Virus genome (UHGV): UHGV-0072830
Reading direction: 5' to 3' (one strand)
DNA length: 12,846 bases
Origin: a virus
Each line of letters starts with the position of its first letter. The stretch's first letter is position 1. Of this stretch, positions 7,208-12,846 are shown piece after piece. The notes below the pieces were generated by a model. That model was not told the origin of the DNA. It searched no databases and worked only from the letters and a program-made list of their open reading frames with translations. The position numbers were made by a program, and so were the translations under genes.

Positions 7208-8146
7208 TTAATTACGCAGCAGCGTTGAAATATCAACGTCCAGGTCTAATTCACGGAAAGCCTGACGCAGATAATCTTCGTTAACACGCTCACCTTTACC
7301 GTGAGCCGTCATGGCGGCAAGGCGAAGTGAATGATTCAGAATGCGAAGCGCACCTGGTTTCTGCGCAATCTGCTGTAATAACTCCAGTTCTTTTTCGCCG
7401 TTAATCTGCCAGGCATCCGCAATAGCTTTTACATCGGCTTTTTTTGTTTTATTAATTGCAGTGCGCTTTGCAATACGGGAAAACAGACGGGCAAATTCAA
7501 CCGTTCTGTTACCCCCCGTCATATTTGAATAAACCCGGTGATTTCCCATCAGCACAAGGCCAATACGGGTTGATTCCTGTAACAGGCGGAGTTCTTCCAG
7601 AACTTCGGCACCAAGATGATCAGCTTCGTCGATGATAACCAGCCCCTGTGTACCTTCAAGGCGACGTCGCAGGGCGCGGGAGAGCGGCCCTTTACGGCGT
7701 GGTGCGTCATTCATTCCCAGCTCAAACGCCAGTTCAGTAAGACATTCCAGAACGCTGGCACAGGATGGCGTAATGGTGATCATCCAGACATTGTTATTGG
7801 TGCGGCGATATTCACGGGCCGCTTCGGTTTTGCCCACACCAGGATTGCCACATACAACAGCAATACTTTCAGTCAGGCTGGCAAAACGCATACTTGTCCA
7901 GATTTGTTTTACCGTCTGCGTTTCCACAAAGCGGGGCGGTTCAGGTAGTTCTGCAACTGCATGATATTTTTCCAGCCAGCGTTGCAGAATTTGTGAAACA
8001 CGCTCGTTATCCCCGTTGTACTTATCATTGATAAAACTACTGATAGTTCCGGTAGAAAGTCCGCTCTCAAGAGCAATTTGTTTAAAGGTGGTTTCTTCAT
8101 TTTCTACAAGCGTGCGCAGTCCTGCGCGAATATCGGAAATATTCAT
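7208..8146 (-). CDS. B: Transposition protein B (AAA+ ATPase target DNA activator)
   Basis: 312-aa ORF with Walker A GNPGVGKTE and Walker B LVIIDEADHL. Sequence matches my recollection of MuB. Confidence 0.93.
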   Translation of the reverse strand: MNISDIRAGLRTLVENEETTFKQIALESGLSTGTISSFINDKYNGDNERVSQILQRWLEKYHAVAELPEPPRFVETQTVKQIWTSMRFASLTESIAVVCGNPGVGKTEAAREYRRTNNNVWMITITPSCASVLECLTELAFELGMNDAPRRKGPLSRALRRRLEGTQGLVIIDEADHLGAEVLEELRLLQESTRIGLVLMGNHRVYSNMTGGNRTVEFARLFSRIAKRTAINKTKKADVKAIADAWQINGEKELELLQQIAQKPGALRILNHSLRLAAMTAHGKGERVNEDYLRQAFRELDLDVDISTLLRN

Positions 8147-8184
8147 CTGAATAACCTCGTAATTAAATTTTGTTTAAACGTTAA

Positions 8185-10185
8185 TTAAATGGCTTTTTTA
8201 CGTCTGTTCTGTTCCAGAATATCCAGCGAATGATTCAGATATTCATCACGCTCAGTTTCGTATTCATCATCACGCTCCTGATTCTTCACCCGTTCCATAT
8301 TACCGGAAGGCCGGAAAATGCCGACAATTCGTGATTCTGGTGCTTCAGGTTCGGCTATCTGCGGCAGCAGCTCTGCCACTTCCAGTGCATCCATTTGTTT
8401 CTGTGCCTTAATCGCTGCTTTCGTCGCAGATTTCAGTTGTTTCTGGCGGCGGCGATATTCACGGCCTGCCGCAGCATCATTAAACGCAACAGGTGACAGA
8501 CATTCCGCTTCACAGATAAACCGACCGTCCAGGGTGTAGCAATAAACCGTGCTGTGTAACTGCTGTGGATCAAATCTGACCACAACTTTTTTCACTCCGG
8601 CATTCATTAACGCCATGTTGTAATAAACGTTTTTCGCACCTTTAAGGGAGCCGCCAACTTTAAGCGCGAACTCGCCTTTACGTGAAACGTTCACCGCCTC
8701 GGCAGGCAGTAACAGCATCCGTTTTTGCTCTTCGGTAGGCTTACGCACAATCGTTCTGGCGTATTCACGCTCAAAAACGTCATCAAACGAAAGTTTGCCT
8801 CCGCACATTTCTGTTTCACGGCCTGTTCTGGCATTGAACATCGCCACACCTTCGGCAAGGGTTTTCAGAAACAGCTCTGCATCAACAGCGCGGTCGCCAT
8901 AGTTATCAGGTTTTGCCTGCGGATTAGGCCCCGTATATGCGCCAGCCAGTGCCGGATGCTTATCAACGTATTCCTCAAGCCCACCAACACCGAAAGCACG
9001 TTCAACAGGTTTTGCCTGGCCCCAGCCTTTACCGGCAACAACGCTTGTCCAGTGCATTTTCGCCCCCATCAGTAAAAACAGTCCTTTTGGATCGTCCTCT
9101 TTTACCTTAAAGCGGTAGCGATTGGGCGCGCCTCCCGTCAGCCATTTATTCGCAGCACCACGGGTGTTATCAATGGTGATGTGAAAATCCTCCGGGATAC
9201 CGTAGCGAGTCACAACATCCATGAACGAGAGGCGAATTGAATCAATGTTCTCGCTCACATCGCAGCGCCAGCCCAGAATTTTTCGGGTTTTCACATCCTG
9301 CCAGAACCATGTTTTCGGGCGGATCACATCACCGTTAAACCAGCGTACAAAGACGTTATGCAGATAACCGTCGCCGTTGATCCACTGCATGGCGTCCAGG
9401 TGTTCCACAGTTCGTTGTTGTGCCGGTATCAGATGCATCAGTGCATGTTCACCTTCACGGCAGGCAACAACCATTGCCTCGTTCAGTTGCTGAATCCGGC
9501 GAAAGGCCGTGGCACGGGAGGGAATACTCCAGCCATGCTCGCGGGCTGCCAGTTCCAGACGCTCATAACATTTGCGGAAGGCGGGTTTTTCCGGTCGCAG
9601 ATAATCTGCAATCAGAAACTGCCAGGCATCCTCGTCAAATTCACTTTTGTGAACATTGCGACGGGATGCACCACGTCCATCAACAAGAGCAGCCGCCCAG
9701 TCAGGCTTCGCAAACTTCTGTACCTGGTAATACTTGTCACGCAAAGTGGATGCGCTGACCTGGTAATGTCCTGCAACGGTCGCAAAAGCCGTTTTTGTTG
9801 AAATCCCCTGGTTCAGCATTTCGTCTGCGGCCTGAACCGCAGGCAACCATTTTTCAGCAAGTCTGCGCTGGGAATCGCTGGCGTTATCCCATTTGCTCCA
9901 CAGCGCCTCGCGATCATAATCGTGGGCTTCCAGCGTGGGGCGGGCGATTTCAAAACGGCCCATGCTTGTTTCAATCTCTCCTTGTCTAAGCAATAACGCA
10001 GCTTGCGTTTCCTTTGGTAAAGATGAGATATGAAACTCATAGGCTACTCCTCTTACCCCGTGTATCTGTCGAAACACCCACTGTTCTAACCTTGCTTTAC
10101 GAGAGATCGCGCTAGAGGATTTTGGAAGACCTATCAGCCCTTCTAATTTCTTTGCAGAAAACCAATCATTACATTGTGGTTGCAT
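8185..10185 (-). CDS. A: DDE transposase A (Mu/D108 family); likely start ATG 10185 (track ORF starts at TTG 10191)
   Basis: About 666 aa. The body matches my recollection of MuA (from [11 protein letters not shown] onward). N-terminal ~60 aa differ from Mu and resemble the repressor N-terminus in this window. GAGGT SD 7 nt before ATG 10185. Confidence 0.95.
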   Translation of the reverse strand: MQPQCNDWFSAKKLEGLIGLPKSSSAISRKARLEQWVFRQIHGVRGVAYEFHISSLPKETQAALLLRQGEIETSMGRFEIARPTLEAHDYDREALWSKWDNASDSQRRLAEKWLPAVQAADEMLNQGISTKTAFATVAGHYQVSASTLRDKYYQVQKFAKPDWAAALVDGRGASRRNVHKSEFDEDAWQFLIADYLRPEKPAFRKCYERLELAAREHGWSIPSRATAFRRIQQLNEAMVVACREGEHALMHLIPAQQRTVEHLDAMQWINGDGYLHNVFVRWFNGDVIRPKTWFWQDVKTRKILGWRCDVSENIDSIRLSFMDVVTRYGIPEDFHITIDNTRGAANKWLTGGAPNRYRFKVKEDDPKGLFLLMGAKMHWTSVVAGKGWGQAKPVERAFGVGGLEEYVDKHPALAGAYTGPNPQAKPDNYGDRAVDAELFLKTLAEGVAMFNARTGRETEMCGGKLSFDDVFEREYARTIVRKPTEEQKRMLLLPAEAVNVSRKGEFALKVGGSLKGAKNVYYNMALMNAGVKKVVVRFDPQQLHSTVYCYTLDGRFICEAECLSPVAFNDAAAGREYRRRQKQLKSATKAAIKAQKQMDALEVAELLPQIAEPEAPESRIVGIFRPSGNMERVKNQERDDEYETERDEYLNHSLDILEQNRRKKAI

Positions 10186-10187
10186 TT

Positions 10188-10406
10188 TCAATACCTCGAA
10201 GGCCAGAGGTCTCGTGGCTCAACTCCCAATGCATCGGCAATAATTCTTTCACCCCGAGGGTAAGGTTTATCCAAGGCATTTTTTACCGTAGAGATAGAGA
10301 GACCGTTCTCACGACCAAGAGCTGCTAGGCTTTTTCCTCTTTTGCGCAGATCAGCAACAATGTCGTATCTGCTTTTGTCTTCACATTTACTTTTCTTTAT
10401 CGCCAT
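10188..10406 (-). CDS. ner: Ner-like DNA-binding regulator (negative regulator of early and repressor transcription)
   Basis: 72 aa from ATG 10406. C-terminal ...[13 protein letters not shown] resembles the Ner family. Stop is 2 nt before the A start. First gene of the early operon. Confidence 0.8.
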   Translation of the reverse strand: MAIKKSKCEDKSRYDIVADLRKRGKSLAALGRENGLSISTVKNALDKPYPRGERIIADALGVEPRDLWPSRY

Positions 10407-10415
10407 AAAATGCAA

Positions 10416-10605
10416 TCCTCACAAGCTACGCCATCAGCTACGCCGCAAGGTAGCTGACAAGGTATGCAGCAATGTTAGTGTGAATACATTGTCAATGCAA
10501 TGATGTATTCAAATATTTCGTTTGAATTTCATCTATCTTGATGATTTTAAAATGAATATATTTTTGTTTCTTTGAATACACAGTGTATTTAAAGCGAGGT
10601 TTGTG
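10416..10605. promoter_or_regulatory. Immunity/operator region between ner and c; expected to hold divergent early and repressor promoters and the operators (transposition enhancer in Mu-type phages)
   Basis: 190-bp AT-rich divergent intergenic region. Contains palindromes built on TGAATACA half-sites at 10481-10511 and 10570-10594, and a GC-rich dyad at 10434-10457. Confidence 0.75.
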
Positions 10606-11121
10606 ATGACACAAGAATGGTTTTCAGCTAAAGAGCTACAAGGGGTTGCTGGTCTTCCGTCTTCAGCAAGTAGTATTAGCCGCAAAGCAACTAATGAGGG
10701 ATGGAAAAAGAGACAGATCAAAGGAGTAAAGGGAGTTGCTTATGAATACCATATCAGCTCATTACCTGATGCCACTCAGGCAGAATTAGGAGGGGCGCAG
10801 TTATTAGATAGCGATAAGCCAGCTTATAAGTTAGCTTCTGTGTTAATGGCTTTGGTCGCAGAGTTAGAACCAGAGGAAATCCAGAGGGCATTAAAGCTAC
10901 TTAGTAAAGGCGGACTTGGAGCACTAATGCCAAGTATCTTTGATCAGACTCAAATCCAATCTCTGCACGGCGTATCGCGTGAGTGCATACAACTAGCCCA
11001 AATGCTAGAAACTTTACCAGCAGATGCGCGCAAAGAGATTTTGTCAGAGTATGGTATTCATGAACAGGAAGGTTTTGTAGCTCCTTCACAAGAACCACAA
11101 GATGTAAAAAAAGCCGTATAA
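10606..11121 (+). CDS. c: Lysogenic repressor c (D108 type)
   Basis: 171 aa from ATG 10606 with GAGGT SD. N-terminal domain is homologous to the N-terminus of transposase A in this window. C-terminal LKLLSKGGL...[13 protein letters not shown]...[12 protein letters not shown] matches my recollection of the Mu repressor C-terminus. Confidence 0.85.
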   Translation: MTQEWFSAKELQGVAGLPSSASSISRKATNEGWKKRQIKGVKGVAYEYHISSLPDATQAELGGAQLLDSDKPAYKLASVLMALVAELEPEEIQRALKLLSKGGLGALMPSIFDQTQIQSLHGVSRECIQLAQMLETLPADARKEILSEYGIHEQEGFVAPSQEPQDVKKAV

Positions 11122-11287
11122 CAACCATGAACCAGCTAAAACATACTTCACCTCACATAATCACACATGTAACATACCTAAACGGCATGAGCTGATTTGT
11201 GATATGAGTCATTTGGTTACAGCCTGGTTGTTATCGGTTTTGAACGTTTTTTGAAGCTGTTATTGAAATGATTTGCTGTGTTTTTGT

Positions 11288-11309
11288 TTTTCGTATTTTC
11301 AATGAAACA
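11288..11309 (-). repeat. Transposase end-binding site L3
   Basis: ttttcgtattttcaatgaaaca shares the TTTCGYRYTTCA..GAA core with the two other sites. Lies about 151-172 bp from the terminus. Confidence 0.7.
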
Positions 11310-11327
11310 AAAGCAATTTTTTACTAT

Positions 11328-11349
11328 CTTTCGCGTTTCATTGATTAAC
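11328..11349 (-). repeat. Transposase end-binding site L2
   Basis: ctttcgcgtttcattgattaac. Lies about 111-132 bp from the terminus. Confidence 0.7.
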
Positions 11350-11432
11350 GACTAAAATTTGCGCTACAGGCTTGCAAGCCCCACCAAATCTAATCCCATC
11401 AGATCCCGAATAATCCAATGTCCTCCCGGTTT

Positions 11433-11455
11433 TTTTCGTACTTCAAGTGAATCAA
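11433..11455 (-). repeat. Transposase end-binding site L1 at the phage left terminus
   Basis: ttttcgtacttcaagtgaatcaa, followed by the terminal ...taca at 11459. Confidence 0.8.
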
Positions 11456-11459
11456 TACA

Positions 11460-12846
11460 ACGGGGGATTACTCAATTGGTTTGCTAAGTCAAACGAGTGG
11501 AAACCTGAATACTGACACCATAATAAGAGTCAACTCTGACGGTTCGGTTACCCCCTCTTTTTCTGACGGAGATGATACATTTATTGTTACTGCGGGTAAT
11601 CACGCAGTCGGCGTTCTTGCGTGTGCATCTCCCGGAAGCGCGCGTGCGTGTGTATCTTCTCTTGATGAAGAAAGTACTACCGATACAGGAAGTAATGAAA
11701 ATAATGCCATAGCAAAACTGGATATGGCAAAAGGGGAGATCACAACCCACGGAACAGAAAGTTATGCCGCGTACGCTAATGGCACTGTCGTCAAGGCTGG
11801 TGACACGCTTGATTATACCAATGCCAGCGTTACATTAACCGATGTTGATATCACCACGCATGGGGACAATGCTCATGCCATCGCTGCCCGCCAGGGGACA
11901 GTTTCATTTAACCAGGGAGAAATTTATACAACGGGTCCTGACGCCGCGACTGCTAAAATTTATAATGGCGGCACGGTGACGCTGAAAAATACATCTGCAG
12001 TCGCGCATCAGGGGTCTGGAATTGTGCTGGAGTCTTCCATAAATGGTCAGGAAGCAACGGTAGATATTTTATCTGGTAGCTCACTACGGTCAGCAAATGA
12101 AATCCTCTACCATAAAAATGAGACGAGTAACGTGACCATTACGGATAGTGAGGTATCATCGGCTGCAGATGTTTTTATCAATAATATTAAAGGTCATTTG
12201 ACCGTCGATGCAACTAATTCAAAAATAACGGGTTCAGCTAATATTTCAACAGATGTTAACACTCATACCTATCTGTCGCTTTCAGATAATAGTACCTGGG
12301 ATATTAAAGCTGACTCAACGGTGAGCAACCTCACGGTTGATAATAGTACGGTCTATATTTCCCGGGCAGATGGACGGGATGTCGAACCAACAAGATTAAC
12401 AATAACTGAAAATTACGTTGGTAATAATGGCGTATTGCATCTCAGAACTGAATTGGGTGATGATAATTCAGCTACGGATAAAGTCGTTATTAATGGAAAT
12501 ACCTCTGGAACAACCCGAGTTAAAGTTACCAATGCAGGAGGCAGCGGAGCTTACACGTTAAATGGGATAGAGATTATCAGCGTTGAGGGGGAATCAAATG
12601 GGGAATTTATTAAGGATTCGAGGATTTTCGCCGGTGCCTACGAATATTCATTAACCCGAGGTAATACCGAAGCGACCAATAAAAACTGGTATCTGACTAA
12701 CTTCCAGGCAACGAGCGGCGGTGAAACAAACTCCGGAGGAAGTTCAGCGCCTACTGTTGCGCCTACCCCCGTCCTGCGCCTCGAAGCTGGAAGTTACGTC
12801 GCCAACCTGGCAGCCGCTAACACTCTTTTTGTTATGCGTCTGAACG
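11460..12846 (+). pseudogene. Host autotransporter (type Va) passenger-domain gene fragment, 5'-truncated by the prophage insertion; runs off the window end
   Basis: 462 stop-free codons verified in frame from the base after the phage terminus to the window end. Nearest upstream in-frame stop (11448-11450) is inside the phage end. No signal peptide or plausible start. Ser/Thr/Asn/Gly-rich beta-helix-like sequence ends with the autotransporter junction motif PVLRLEAGSYVANLAAANTLFVMRLN. Confidence 0.75.

Larger units (their letters stand above)
1..11459 (-). mobile_element. Mu/D108-like transposable prophage, left portion (attL through lys); continues beyond window start
   Basis: Colinear c / ner / A / B / kil / early genes / gam / gemA / mor / C / lys order on the minus strand. 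Terminal sequence ...gtgaatcaataca ends at 11459 (reverse complement of the Mu left end 5'-TGTATTGATTCAC...). Three end-type transposase-binding repeats lie within 175 bp of the terminus. Protein identities are from memory, not searched. Confidence 0.92.

Noticed and set aside
10185-10191. TTG at 10191 as the transposase start (track ORF start), giving MKMQPQ…
   Set aside because: The ATG at 10185 has the better SD spacing (GAGGT, 7 nt) and sits 2 nt after the ner stop; the TTG start would overlap ner.
264-10328. Many plus-strand track ORFs of 60-219 aa, e.g. 264-548, 1031-1483, 2248-2907, 5213-5473, 7616-7948, 8725-9075, 9358-9801, 10122-10328
   Set aside because: All lie antisense within longer minus-strand genes that have SD sequences, operon-like coupling and recognisable protein features. 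Their sequences are low-complexity or Arg/Ser/Pro/Cys-rich, typical of shadow ORFs in GC-rich coding DNA.
1437-11128. Nested or out-of-frame minus-strand ORFs 1437-1706, 4118-4360, 6118-6300, 7909-8100, 9813-10040, 10533-10721, 10901-11128
   Set aside because: Each is embedded in an alternative frame of a better-supported gene or in the operator region, and none has an SD or recognisable motif.
11122-11287. Possible terminator for the c gene between c and the L3 site
   Set aside because: No GC-rich hairpin followed by a T-tract was found in this interval.
11484-11750. 88-aa minus-strand ORF in the host flank
   Set aside because: Antisense to the long stop-free autotransporter frame; Cys/Arg-rich and implausible as a protein.
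1-12846. CRISPR arrays, tRNA or rRNA genes, integrase or attP-type site-specific recombination module
   Set aside because: No regularly spaced direct repeats, no tRNA-like structures, and no tyrosine or serine recombinase noticed. The element is a DDE-transposase (Mu-type) phage that inserts by transposition.

Overview
This window is the left ~11.5 kb of a Mu/D108-type transposable prophage (1-11459), lying inverted so that phage genes read on the minus strand, followed by 1.4 kb of host DNA. The host DNA is one continuous open reading frame with autotransporter passenger-domain character, apparently cut by the insertion. Phage gene order from the left end is c repressor (plus strand), operator region, then ner, transposase A, B, kil, about ten small early genes including gam, gemA, mor, an intrinsic terminator, a middle operon with a GH108-like muramidase and activator C, and the SAR endolysin lys. 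The transposase body and Gam match my recollection of phage Mu, while the repressor, ner and the first ~60 residues of A are of the D108 immunity type; none of this was checked by search. I see no tRNA, rRNA or CRISPR array, and no clear evidence of a novel defence system. The points most worth a second look are the insertion into the autotransporter gene, a 274-bp gap in the early operon holding a hairpin and two mutually antisense small ORFs, and the uncharacterised Cys-rich early proteins.
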